Shown here one piece after another: positions 9,563 through 19,602 of a DNA stretch of 64,000 nt. Source of the DNA: Candidatus Heimdallarchaeota archaeon. Lineage in GTDB: Archaea; Asgardarchaeota; Heimdallarchaeia; JABLTI01. The stretch covers positions 1 to 64,000 of the forward strand of contig DXJV01000100.1 of NCBI GenBank assembly GCA_019056785.1, written 5' to 3'. A program made the translations under genes and the position numbers. How positions within the stretch are numbered: position 1 is the first letter of the stretch; each line of letters starts with the position of its first letter. The notes under the pieces are model-generated. The model was not told the DNA's origin, did no database searches, and saw nothing but the letters and a program-made list of their open reading frames with translations.

Positions 9563-10934
9563 AACTGATTTTGCGTAGGATTAGTGGAAGACGAAGCATA
9601 TATTGCTCAAGTTCAGCACTCGTTTTTTCAACGATGGCAACTAAAACGGACTGAGATGTAAGAGGGGATAAAAGCAACAACTTACCTTTTTGAGGGATCT
9701 TTTTCAGTGTATGTTGTGTTGCAGGGATTAAATCTAAGAGCTTGGATAATTCGAGATTTTTCGCCAAATCAATCCAATCATTACTGTCAGCAATCCGCTT
9801 CATGGTGAAAAAGCGACGGGAAGGGGTAACAATGCCAGTTAGAATGACATCCGGGTAAATGGCCATGAAAGTATGCATTTGTGCTTCTTCTCGCGCCCAT
9901 TTATTCACCGAGTCACCAAAAGAAAGACGTGAGGTTTGTCGCTGCAAACTTTGTTGGCTAGAGGAATGCTTCTGTCGCTCCTTCATCTCAAGTTTTAGCC
10001 GTCCGAGAAGTTCATATTCAGGAACAGTATCTAAACCTTGTAAAAGCTTAAAAGGAAGGTTCTTGTTGCGAACGCCCTCGTACCTACTGATTATCTTTTG
10101 CTGGATGTTTTTAAGATCCTCATCAAGAGCCAGACCTTTGATGACCTCAAAAACATAAAAATAACCGTCGCTGTTATACACTATAAAACGGTAGTTTTGG
10201 GTAGTTACTTCTTCCAGGTCGCCGGGGTCAAGATTTTTAATTGATTTACGAAGACCAACCAGAAAATTGGTTAAAATCTGAAGATTAAATAATGGTTTTC
10301 CCCGTGAGAATTCAGAATATTCAAGTTTGCCTGATTCGTCAATGATAAGAACACCATCTATGCCAGCAAGTTTTTTCGTCAGCTGTCGGACTTCCTCACT
10401 CGCATTAGATTCATCCATGATCTTCTTATAAGCATTTGAAAGCTGCATATCCATCGCACGAAACTTTATAATGCGTTGTCCAAGCTTTTCAAAATCAGGT
10501 GTTTCTGTTAAATTAGAAATAAGAAGGGTATTATCCATATTTATTTTCTGAGCGCCTATAAAGCGAGCTATTAATTTATTAATCACAACCTGATAAGAAT
10601 CGATATTCGGGGTAATTTTTTCGACCCAGAAGATATAGAAGAAATTATCGCGAAATTCAAACAAAAAGATTGAGTTTGTAGTTTCTATGGTTTTAATGTT
10701 TTCTTCACTAATAACTTCAGCAAGAGATTGTAAACTGGAAAGCAACCCGGCTAAAAGGATGACGTCAAACTGCTCCTCTGTAAGAAATTCAATATATTTT
10801 GGCAGGCCACTCTCTTCAAGGACAATAAAACCTCGGAGAGCGTTGTAGAATTGCTCAATTAGATGGCTTGTTTCAAATTCCTCTATCGTGATTTTAAAAC
10901 CCACCGGATTTTTCTCTAAAAAAATGATTGGCAA
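9549..10934 (-). CDS. Protein with tandem longin/roadblock-like domains
   Basis: Repeated units GFIVLEESGLPKY...LLAGLLSSLQSLAE and GVLIIDESGKLEY...ILTNFLVGLRKSIK, plus a third degenerate unit. Confidence 0.65.
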   Translation of the reverse strand: MPIIFLEKNPVGFKITIEEFETSHLIEQFYNALRGFIVLEESGLPKYIEFLTEEQFDVILLAGLLSSLQSLAEVISEENIKTIETTNSIFLFEFRDNFFYIFWVEKITPNIDSYQVVINKLIARFIGAQKINMDNTLLISNLTETPDFEKLGQRIIKFRAMDMQLSNAYKKIMDESNASEEVRQLTKKLAGIDGVLIIDESGKLEYSEFSRGKPLFNLQILTNFLVGLRKSIKNLDPGDLEEVTTQNYRFIVYNSDGYFYVFEVIKGLALDEDLKNIQQKIISRYEGVRNKNLPFKLLQGLDTVPEYELLGRLKLEMKERQKHSSSQQSLQRQTSRLSFGDSVNKWAREEAQMHTFMAIYPDVILTGIVTPSRRFFTMKRIADSNDWIDLAKNLELSKLLDLIPATQHTLKKIPQKGKLLLLSPLTSQSVLVAIVEKTSAELEQYMLRLPLILRKISSNLL

Positions 10935-11061
10935 AACGGCTTTTAATCACTCTCATTACGGCAAAAGACCGATAAGAAGATTGAAGGATTAAGAATTAAA
11001 GCGTAAATTTATTAACAATTTCTGTCAGTCCTTCTGCTAAACTAATTTCAAGGTAGCAACC

Positions 11062-12186
11062 ATGACTCCCCAAGCAGAAGAAATTAGCGAATTATTGAAA
11101 AAGTGCGTTCAATGTGGCTCATGCATTTTAATTTGCCCAATCTATCGAGCAACAAAGGAAGAACAATTTTCGCCACGAGGAAAACTCTATTACTTAAAAT
11201 TAAAAGATGCTTTTCCTGAGAAATTCGACGCTGAGCTTGATAAAGAATATGCAAAAACGATTTTTACTTGTACGATGTGCGGCAGATGTGTAGAAATATG
11301 CAGCTCTGAAACACAATTGACAGAGATCTTCAAAGAAGAACGAAAAGAATCCGTTGAGCAATTCCCAAAACTCCTCACAATAGCTGAAAATGTCGAAGAA
11401 GAAAAGAATGTATATGGTTTAGATAACGAAATGCGTACCGAATCATGGACAATGGAATTGTATGACGATTTTCCAGATATCGATGACCGTATTTATGAGG
11501 AAGGAAAAACGGCTGAGACGATCTTTTTCGTTGGCTGCCTAATGTCTTACCGGAGTAGGCACACAAATGTTTTACGCGCCATTTTAAAAGTGTTAGAATA
11601 TCTAGGCGAAGATTACATCCTCTTGGGAGGGGAAGAATTCTGTTGTGGTCATCCACTCGATCTTATTGGAAAAACAAACGAAGCAAATAAATTGCGAGAA
11701 CATAACACAAGCATTTTCACGAAAATCGGCGCTAAAACGATCATTACTGATTGCCCGGGTTGTTTAGAAGCTCTTCTTGAGCACCATCACATTGACCCTT
11801 CTGTTCGAGTGCTTCATGTGACAGAATTTTTCGATGAGAAAATCGACTCTGTTCCAAACAAGTTGGATATAACGCTCAAGTATCATGACCCTTGCGAACT
11901 CTTCCGGAATGATGGGGTGACTGAAGCACCGCGCTCGCTGATGAGAAAAATAGGCATCAATATTGTCGAAATGGAACCTTCTTGCTGTGGTGGGGGTGGG
12001 ATGTTACGTGTAACAGATGAGAAGCTGGCAAACAAGATAATGGAGGATCGCATTATAAAGGAGAAACTCAAAGAAGAAGATACTTGTGTAGTTACTTGTT
12101 GCCCTTCGTGCTTGGAACAATTTGAACAAAATGAAATAACAACGAGCGACATAGCAGAATATCTCGTAAAAGCGCTCAATCTCTAG
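11062..12186 (+). CDS. (Fe-S)-binding CCG-domain oxidoreductase subunit (GlcF/GlpC/HdrD-like)
   Basis: CVQCGSCILICP, CTMCGRCVEIC, CCG, CPGC, HDPC, CCGGGG, CCPSC. Confidence 0.92.
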   Translation: MTPQAEEISELLKKCVQCGSCILICPIYRATKEEQFSPRGKLYYLKLKDAFPEKFDAELDKEYAKTIFTCTMCGRCVEICSSETQLTEIFKEERKESVEQFPKLLTIAENVEEEKNVYGLDNEMRTESWTMELYDDFPDIDDRIYEEGKTAETIFFVGCLMSYRSRHTNVLRAILKVLEYLGEDYILLGGEEFCCGHPLDLIGKTNEANKLREHNTSIFTKIGAKTIITDCPGCLEALLEHHHIDPSVRVLHVTEFFDEKIDSVPNKLDITLKYHDPCELFRNDGVTEAPRSLMRKIGINIVEMEPSCCGGGGMLRVTDEKLANKIMEDRIIKEKLKEEDTCVVTCCPSCLEQFEQNEITTSDIAEYLVKALNL

Positions 12187-12198
12187 GAGGAATAAAAG

Positions 12199-13590
12199 AT
12201 GGAAAAACTACAGAAATATATAATCGGTGCAAATGCCTCAATCTTTCAGAAAATCGACCCCGACTCAAATGTCAAGGTTTTTGTGCCAGAAAACGAGGAG
12301 GAGATCAAAGCAGCTATAGCTTTTGCTCGAGAAAACAACCTGCCAATCACCAGTAAAGGCGGGGGCTCAGGTATGAGTGGTGCGTGCACAGGCGCATCAA
12401 GAAAGAAAGTGATCATTAGTTCCATGCGTATGAAAAAAGTTCTTGAGATTAATTTTGATGAAGGATATGCAGTTGTTGAGGCAGGTATCACACCCGATGA
12501 ATTAAATGCTGAAATCCAACAGAGAAAACCCAATTGGAAATTCTTTGTTGCACCCTCTAGTCGAGATATTGCCACAGTTGGAGGAATATTAAGCACAGAT
12601 GGCGGAGGAAATGATGCTTGGTTAGCAGGAACAATGGCAGACAACGTTTTGGAGGTGGAACTTTTTGATTATCATGGCAATAAGATAATTGTTACAAAAA
12701 TTGATAATGACAACAAAAAAGCAAAAATCACCTGCTCCAGCAAAGAATTACAAGAAAAATTACAGAAAAACAATTTCTCAATAATTGACATTGCCGGAGC
12801 ACATGGAACATTGGGTTACATTTCAAAACTCAAACTGCTAATCAAGCCACTTTCAGAATATAATAATCAACGATTTGCTCTCGCGTATGCTGGAAACTTG
12901 AATGCCCTAGGAAAAATCATTTATGAATTAATAGAAGCAAACATTCCATTAACCTACGGCGAAGCAATTGTAGAGGCCCATCACCCGGAAATTTCCAGAA
13001 AAACAAACCCGCCCATGCTCATCTTGGAATTTCCGCTAGACTTTCAAGAAAAAGTTCAAACAATTTGTAAATCGATCCCTGATGTGAATTTCAACTCAGT
13101 AAATAAAGAAGAATTTGAACAAAAGAAAGAAATCCGAATAAAAATGGCAAAAAGAAATCCTCCAGAAGGATATCAATTAGCGCTGTTCGAGGGGTACGGA
13201 ATAGCAGGTGATAACCTCCTACGTTTTGAAGAAATCATTACAAAAATCAATCAAACGCTGGAGAGCTGTGGGTTTGAACCATTTATTAAATTTGGACATG
13301 CTCCATCGGTCTATCATCATGGCGACAAAAAAGTAAAAGGAATAATCATGCACTCGAGGGAAAAACGGCCAGAGAAACTCACGTCAAAAATGGTCTTTGA
13401 AGGCATCGTGGCCCTTGTTGAGCTTTGTGAAAAGGAGGGCATCATTCCCAAACCAGAACACAAATGGCCATTTTCAAAAACAACTCAAAAACATAAACGA
13501 CTCACAGAACTCACCACGATTCTTGGAAAAAATTTCAACCCGTTTATTTTGGATTCTACCTTGAAAGAATTAGCAGAGTTAGTTTTGTAA
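12199..13590 (+). CDS. FAD-binding oxidoreductase (GlcD/D-lactate dehydrogenase-like)
   Basis: KGGGSGMSG, VEAGI, PSSRDIATVGG, GAHGTLG, EHK, NP; follows the CCG subunit with a GGAGG RBS. Confidence 0.88.
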   Translation: MEKLQKYIIGANASIFQKIDPDSNVKVFVPENEEEIKAAIAFARENNLPITSKGGGSGMSGACTGASRKKVIISSMRMKKVLEINFDEGYAVVEAGITPDELNAEIQQRKPNWKFFVAPSSRDIATVGGILSTDGGGNDAWLAGTMADNVLEVELFDYHGNKIIVTKIDNDNKKAKITCSSKELQEKLQKNNFSIIDIAGAHGTLGYISKLKLLIKPLSEYNNQRFALAYAGNLNALGKIIYELIEANIPLTYGEAIVEAHHPEISRKTNPPMLILEFPLDFQEKVQTICKSIPDVNFNSVNKEEFEQKKEIRIKMAKRNPPEGYQLALFEGYGIAGDNLLRFEEIITKINQTLESCGFEPFIKFGHAPSVYHHGDKKVKGIIMHSREKRPEKLTSKMVFEGIVALVELCEKEGIIPKPEHKWPFSKTTQKHKRLTELTTILGKNFNPFILDSTLKELAELVL

Positions 13591-13776
13591 AGAATTACAA
13601 ATAACTCTTCCTTTTTTTCTTGAGCTAGGATTGCTTGGAGTATAAAGAAGGTCCGAAGCCAGAAAAAGAGCTCGGCAATAAGGTATTTGAAAGAAGAAAC
13701 AAGACATAGTATAAATAAGCGCTCATAAGAAAAAATAATATTAGAGCAAACGAATTTTCAATGTAGGAGATTTACT

Positions 13777-14913
13777 GTGTGGTTTATATTTCGCCCGGAT
13801 GCTGTCAATGTCTGGAAGAATAAAGAAGTACTCAAACGCTACCAACGATATCGTGGGATTCTAGATGGGGCGAAGAAAGCACGTTATTTATTAGTGAAAC
13901 GAATGCCAATTGACTGTTCTTTGGAGAAGGACACACTCGAAGAATTGTGGGCGGAACATGAAAGACTTGCTGAAGAATTTCCAAAATTATTGAGGAAATT
14001 AAATGGAGACCAAATAACCTTAGATGAGTTGCCGGCCCACAAAAAGTCTTTTCTTGAGTTAAAAGAAGAGATAGCATGGCGCATTTTGCGCAATTGTCAT
14101 TTCTGTGAAAGACGATGCGGGATTGATAGAAGTAAGGGGGAAATTGGGGTTTGCCGAGTTGGCCAAGAGACAATTGTTTCATCAGCATTTCTCCATACAG
14201 GTGAAGAATCGGTTCTAGTCCCCAGCGGAACGATCTTTTTTGCAGGTTGTACCTTCAAGTGCGCCTTTTGCCAAAACTATGACATCTCACAGGAATGGAA
14301 GACAAAAAACCAACCATCAATGACTGCTGGTGTAGTGACTGACGCAAAACGATTGAGTTTACTCGAAGAACAACTATGGAAAGAGGGAGCAAAAAACATT
14401 AATTTCGTTGGGGGGGACCCCACACCAAATTTACATACAATTATTGCTTCGCTCAAATATTTACAAGCAAACATTACACTTCTTTGGAACTCGAACAATT
14501 ATCAATCCCTTGAAGCAACAAAATTGCTTCTCGAACTCATGGATTTTTGGCTTCCAGATTTCAAATTTTGGGAGAATGATTTTGCCAAAAAAATCTCCGG
14601 CGTAGATAATTACCGAGAAATCGTCTCTCGTAACATTAAGCTAGCGTATGAAGCTGGCTCCGGGGAAGTACTGGTTAGACATCTCTTGATGCCCGGGAGG
14701 GTAGAAGCAGACACTATTCCAATCTTAGAATGGTGCGCAAAAGAAATCCCAAACGCTATGGTGAATCTAATGGATCAATATCACCCAGACTATTTGATTA
14801 TTCGCCAGCCGGATAAATACCGTGCCTTAAATAGACGAATCCTCCCAGAAGAATGGAAAAGGGCAACGAAAAAAGCAGATGAACTTGGGATCTTTTGGCG
14901 CCCCGTTTCATAA
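13777..14913 (+). CDS. Radical SAM protein, PflX-like
   Basis: CHFCERRCGIDR, GEE...PSGTIFFAGCTFKCAFCQNYDISQ, VRHLLMPG, MDQYHP. Confidence 0.92.
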   Translation: MWFIFRPDAVNVWKNKEVLKRYQRYRGILDGAKKARYLLVKRMPIDCSLEKDTLEELWAEHERLAEEFPKLLRKLNGDQITLDELPAHKKSFLELKEEIAWRILRNCHFCERRCGIDRSKGEIGVCRVGQETIVSSAFLHTGEESVLVPSGTIFFAGCTFKCAFCQNYDISQEWKTKNQPSMTAGVVTDAKRLSLLEEQLWKEGAKNINFVGGDPTPNLHTIIASLKYLQANITLLWNSNNYQSLEATKLLLELMDFWLPDFKFWENDFAKKISGVDNYREIVSRNIKLAYEAGSGEVLVRHLLMPGRVEADTIPILEWCAKEIPNAMVNLMDQYHPDYLIIRQPDKYRALNRRILPEEWKRATKKADELGIFWRPVS

Positions 14914-14942
14914 ATAGGAAAAGGAAAAAAGAGGAAGAGCGT

Positions 14943-15404
14943 TTAGAGCAATTCCAAAACTTTAGTCTGCTTCTTATTATACCAAAACGCAAGGACCATG
15001 ATAATTATAAGACTAATCATTTGACAAATGGCATATTGTGCCACGGGGTCCTGCAGACCAAATAATTCTAGACCGTTTGCAATAGCAAAGACAACGAAAT
15101 AAGTTACGAAATATAAGATACTGATAATACTACTTGAGAGAAAAGGTGCTCGATAGTCCTTAAGATCATAAGAGCGCAACCGGATTAGCAATGCCTCATA
15201 CAAAACCATCTCTGCGTTTGTAATAATAAAGACAGCGGCAACGATAATAACAATATATGCTGGGAGATAACCGCTCTTTAACACTTGAATGACCATTTGT
15301 GCATGATAGATCATCGGTATCTGAGTTAGAATGGCAAAACCAGTTAAAAGGGCTAGAATCCCAAAGGGTTTGCCACGCGTCCATTGAATATTTAAGCTCG
15401 ACAT
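14943..15404 (-). CDS. Hypothetical membrane protein (4 TM)
   Basis: Four hydrophobic segments; ATG start; fills the intergenic space. Confidence 0.7.
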   Translation of the reverse strand: MSSLNIQWTRGKPFGILALLTGFAILTQIPMIYHAQMVIQVLKSGYLPAYIVIIVAAVFIITNAEMVLYEALLIRLRSYDLKDYRAPFLSSSIISILYFVTYFVVFAIANGLELFGLQDPVAQYAICQMISLIIIMVLAFWYNKKQTKVLELL

Positions 15405-15556
15405 TATCTAAACCTTCACTCGAGATTCAAATCACTATTCGCTTAACAGTAAAAGCTATTAAAATATTTTGTAATCATCCGCTTTTTCAGAGAAAAATAA
15501 CCAGTCAATGAAGAGAAAATACGCTCATTCATTCAGACTAAATAAGAGGATCTGTG

Positions 15557-16177
15557 CTAAGAGAGTTTAATATAACGCTCAAATTCCTCCACAGAAGCAG
15601 CACGCAATCGTTTACGAATCAAATCTCGAAGAGCAGGAAGATTATCCCCTTTTCGAGCACTGACAGTGATAATTGATGCGTCATGTTCAGGGGAAAGCGT
15701 AGATATATCGATTAGCTCTTTGAAATAAGCGACAGTACAAGCCAACGCCGATTTGTCAATTTTATCGATTTTATTTAAAGCCACAATTGGTATAAAATGC
15801 AAATCACACAAGAATTGATAGAGCTCCTGGTCAATAGGTATAATTCCTTTTTTTGCAAGGCGCTCTGAAACATCAATAAGACTTTTAGCGTCAATTACAT
15901 GGACACAAGCAGGAATTCGAAATTTGTTTTCTTCGAGAAAAACCAGAATCTCATCCTTTATTCTTTCCTCATACGTGGAAGGTCTACCATGGATCTTCCC
16001 CCAACCTGGGATGTCAACAATACGGAACTTTTTAGCAAGAGGGTATTCAATAATTTTCCGGGTTGAACCAGGCTTCTTCCCAATGACCGGTTTAGCAGCT
16101 GTTAAGCGATGGATAAGAGAACTTTTACCGGCATTTGGTCGGCCAATAAATACCACGTACCATGCAAACTCGTGCAT
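15557..16177 (-). CDS. engB: GTP-binding protein EngB/YihA
   Basis: GRPNAGKSS, KPGST, DIPGWG, NKIDK, SARKG. Confidence 0.9.
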   Translation of the reverse strand: MHEFAWYVVFIGRPNAGKSSLIHRLTAAKPVIGKKPGSTRKIIEYPLAKKFRIVDIPGWGKIHGRPSTYEERIKDEILVFLEENKFRIPACVHVIDAKSLIDVSERLAKKGIIPIDQELYQFLCDLHFIPIVALNKIDKIDKSALACTVAYFKELIDISTLSPEHDASIITVSARKGDNLPALRDLIRKRLRAASVEEFERYIKLS

Positions 16178-16222
16178 GAGCTAACTTCATGAAACCAAGC
16201 TTCTTTAGTTTTTTTACGGTTA

Positions 16223-19087
16223 CTAATCACCCCAGAATGGGCGAGTCCGAGAATACTCTTTTTCAGCATTGATAATTTCAGAATAGAACTCATAATCCTC
16301 TTTGTCATAGCTTTTTTCAAGAACACGGCTAGCGCTTTTAGGACCAATGCCTCTCGCTGAAAGAGCAATAATGGCTTTTTTCCCAGAAGCAAGAACAAGA
16401 TCTGCGCTTTTATAGCCCTGTTTGAGGATTTTCTCTTCCTCCGGAGCCAATTGTTGATGACGTAAGTGTTTCTTCAAAACTTTATGAAGCTGTTCATTGA
16501 AAGGAGAAACAGCAGCAAGATAGCGAGCGCCACATTTTGGGCAAGTTGGTTTCTCATCCAAATTACCTATTTTGCTAATAACATTGTAGTTTCCACACCA
16601 CATACAAATCAAACGAACTTCTTTCTTATCAAGGCGCCGTTGTACTTTTTCAGCTAACTGTCGATCGGGTTTTTTAGGAATAACAAAGCCAGTGAACCGT
16701 AATTGATTAACAGCTACTTCAGCAAGAGGCGACAAGTCATCAATTTTCTTTTTAGCGATGGTAAGAATCTCAATTTCTTGAGCGTGTATTCGCTCTAAAA
16801 CTTTCGTGGTTAAAGGTATATCCATCTTATCATGAATCAATTCATTTAGAGTGGCTTCAGCAACCAAGGTCCCTTCATATGCTCGAGCAATTTTACGGGG
16901 GTGCATCTTTCCGGATTCCCAAGGACCACGAAGTACACCAAAGCGTTTGGCAATATGAACAAACCGCCATTCATACATTGTTGTTTGTGGGAGTGTTCTC
17001 CGCAAGAGCTCTTCGACAAACTCCCCACGAAGCTCACGAATGGCACTTTCAATGTGCTCGGGCTGGAGAAAATAAGGATACGTTAAAATGATACGATAAG
17101 CATCTGATCGAAAGCCAATAGAACAAGCAAATTTAGCCATAAGAAGTGAGCTTATGAGCTGCCCGAGGGTTTGATTGACTTTATTGCCAAAATCAGCATG
17201 AATGACTGCCATATTTGACCCCAAAGTTTCAATAATCATTGTGCTATCAGTTGGCATTGGCATGTCTGTCGAGAAATGCTTAAAGAGGAAGGAAACAACA
17301 ACGGCTTTAGCATCTTCCTCAATAGGATAAGAATCTAAAGCTTTAATCGCCGCAAGGTAATTATCATCTTCAATAAAAAACTGTTGAACGGCTTTTCGGA
17401 TTTTCCCGACTTCTTGCGATACTGAAAAAGGAACAGGGATCATTTCGCCGTCCCAAACAGGAAGAGCACCAATAGGATTGTGAACCGGGGCAACTTCCAC
17501 ACGGTCCTCATGTATAGCAAGGATTTTCCAAGGAACACCTTTTACAATAAAAACTGTTCCAACCTGCCCTTGAATTTCCACAAATTCCTCATCTAGGGTG
17601 CCAACATTTCGGTTTGTGGCAACATCATAAATGCGATACTTCTTAACGTCTCGAATGGGGCTAAGATTACCAAAATAATAATGAAGAGTGTTTCTCCGCC
17701 GAGTAATTATCTCTCCTTCCAGCCAAATTGTTCCTAACTCTTTCATTAATTGGAGAAGAGTAACAAGCTCTTCGCGGGTAAGGCCTTTATAGGGGTAGGA
17801 ACGTTTGACGAGTTTTAATAATTCATTGATAGAGACCGGACTAGTCTCCATAAGAATGCCGGCAATTTGATGCGAAAGTACTTCCCAGGGTTTAATGTGA
17901 GGTTTGGGGACCTCGAGTTCCTTGTTAAGGGCTTTTCTACCAATGACAGCAGACTCGAGTATATCTTCTGCATCAATGGTAATTAAAATCCCATGGCTTG
18001 TTCTTCCAATTTTGTGCCCACTACGACCAACACGCTGAACAAGTGGTGCAATGTCTCTACTAGACATCATTTGAATAACAGTATCTACTGAACCAATATC
18101 TATACCAAGTTCAAGACTCGAGGTACAAATTATGGCTTTTAATTGCCCGTTTTTAAAACGATTCTCAGCTTCTTTCCGAATTTCTTTTGAAAGAGATCCA
18201 TGATGCACGCCGTAAGGGAAATCTGTGCCGATTAGACGCATTCGATTGCCCAAAATTTCAGCGAATTGTCGAGTATTTGTGAAAACAAGGGTGTGTTCAT
18301 GTTTCCTAATAATGTCAATAACTTTACATGCGCGAGCCGTTGCCTCCGGACTCGAGTAAATTCTCTCGGCCAGAGAATGATCCTCTTCTGAAGGTTTTGG
18401 ATAAAGAATGTTCAATGAAATAGCTTTTTTGGTAGGTTCTTCAATAATGGTGCATTTTCGATGAGGACCAACTAATAACTTCGCTACTAAGGCTGGATTG
18501 CCGATTGTGGCTGAAAGCCCGATTCTTTGAAAGCTGTCTGGACAGAACCGTTCAAGACGTTCTAAAGCCAAAAAGAGTTGGGTGCCACGTTTTGAATCAA
18601 CAAGCTCGTGGATTTCATCAATGATTACCCATGAAACATTACGTAAGTGCTGCCCCAAGCGTTTGGCGGTTAAAATAATACCAAGCGTTTCCGGCGTGGT
18701 TATTAACATATGAGGTGGGTCTAATGTTTGTTTGCGTCGTTCATGCTGTGTTGTATCAGAATGGCGAATACTTGTACGAATACCCAGTTGATTGCCGATC
18801 TCAATGACTCGTTTGAAAATATCGCGGTTCAAAGCACGAAGAGGAGTAATATAGAGGATATTTATCCCAGGCTTTTTAACGCCCTTTTCCCATTGCGCAA
18901 GTAATCGATTAAAAACAGGGAGAACCGCCGCTTCTGTTTTGCCAGAACCCGTGGCACTAATGATCAAGGCATGCTCATGCTTTTCTATAACAGGGAAAGC
19001 CAATTGCTGAATAGGCGTGAAGGCTTCAAAACCAAGAGTGTCAATAACCTTTTGTAAGTTAGGACAAAAACTGCGATGGTTGAGCAT
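16223..19087 (-). CDS. lhr: Lhr-like SF2 DEAD/H helicase with C-terminal Zn ribbon
   Basis: TGSGKT, TPLRAL, TTPE, DEIH, SAT, HHGS, LELGIDIG, QRVGRSGH, CMWC...CPKC. ATG at 19087 preferred as start. Confidence 0.93.
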   Translation of the reverse strand: MLNHRSFCPNLQKVIDTLGFEAFTPIQQLAFPVIEKHEHALIISATGSGKTEAAVLPVFNRLLAQWEKGVKKPGINILYITPLRALNRDIFKRVIEIGNQLGIRTSIRHSDTTQHERRKQTLDPPHMLITTPETLGIILTAKRLGQHLRNVSWVIIDEIHELVDSKRGTQLFLALERLERFCPDSFQRIGLSATIGNPALVAKLLVGPHRKCTIIEEPTKKAISLNILYPKPSEEDHSLAERIYSSPEATARACKVIDIIRKHEHTLVFTNTRQFAEILGNRMRLIGTDFPYGVHHGSLSKEIRKEAENRFKNGQLKAIICTSSLELGIDIGSVDTVIQMMSSRDIAPLVQRVGRSGHKIGRTSHGILITIDAEDILESAVIGRKALNKELEVPKPHIKPWEVLSHQIAGILMETSPVSINELLKLVKRSYPYKGLTREELVTLLQLMKELGTIWLEGEIITRRRNTLHYYFGNLSPIRDVKKYRIYDVATNRNVGTLDEEFVEIQGQVGTVFIVKGVPWKILAIHEDRVEVAPVHNPIGALPVWDGEMIPVPFSVSQEVGKIRKAVQQFFIEDDNYLAAIKALDSYPIEEDAKAVVVSFLFKHFSTDMPMPTDSTMIIETLGSNMAVIHADFGNKVNQTLGQLISSLLMAKFACSIGFRSDAYRIILTYPYFLQPEHIESAIRELRGEFVEELLRRTLPQTTMYEWRFVHIAKRFGVLRGPWESGKMHPRKIARAYEGTLVAEATLNELIHDKMDIPLTTKVLERIHAQEIEILTIAKKKIDDLSPLAEVAVNQLRFTGFVIPKKPDRQLAEKVQRRLDKKEVRLICMWCGNYNVISKIGNLDEKPTCPKCGARYLAAVSPFNEQLHKVLKKHLRHQQLAPEEEKILKQGYKSADLVLASGKKAIIALSARGIGPKSASRVLEKSYDKEDYEFYSEIINAEKEYSRTRPFWGD

Positions 19088-19304
19088 GCAAAAAACTCCA
19101 ATAAGTACTTGTGATAAGTTAGCTTTTTTAAATTCCAAGATAAGTCTAATAAACTCTTACGGTGAGAAAAAAAGTGCGAGAGGTTTACAATAGAATGGTA
19201 AAGGGTAATTTTCAAGGGGCATTAAAGAAATAAGGAAAAGACAAAGAGTTTTTAAACAAAAAAAGAAAACAACAAATCACAAATTTGATGAGAGAATGAA
19301 AACA

Positions 19305-19412
19305 ATGGTCGATACGAATACAATTCTCTATATTATCTATGTTGTTCTTATATTAGGTGGCCTTTTAGCTTTGGGTTATCACTTAGTTTCTGGCGAAGAA
19401 GAGGAAACCTAA
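19305..19412 (+). CDS. Small single-TM protein (35 aa)
   Basis: Manual translation MVDTNTILYIIYVVLILGGLLALGYHLVSGEEEET*; below the ORF-track cutoff. Confidence 0.55.
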   Translation: MVDTNTILYIIYVVLILGGLLALGYHLVSGEEEET

Positions 19413-19602
19413 AACCTTTCGTAGAAAAACGCTTTTTATTTGTGCACCAGGTAAGAAAGATTTTGTGATTACTAAAGAAACGTACCTTGTTTTGGAAATT
19501 GCTAATTTGCTACAATAGTTTCAGCTATCTCTCCAGCAACGGTTTTTTAGGGCATGACAAAGAAACTAATAAAAGAGTAAAGAGGACATATTGTGAAAAC
19601 AA

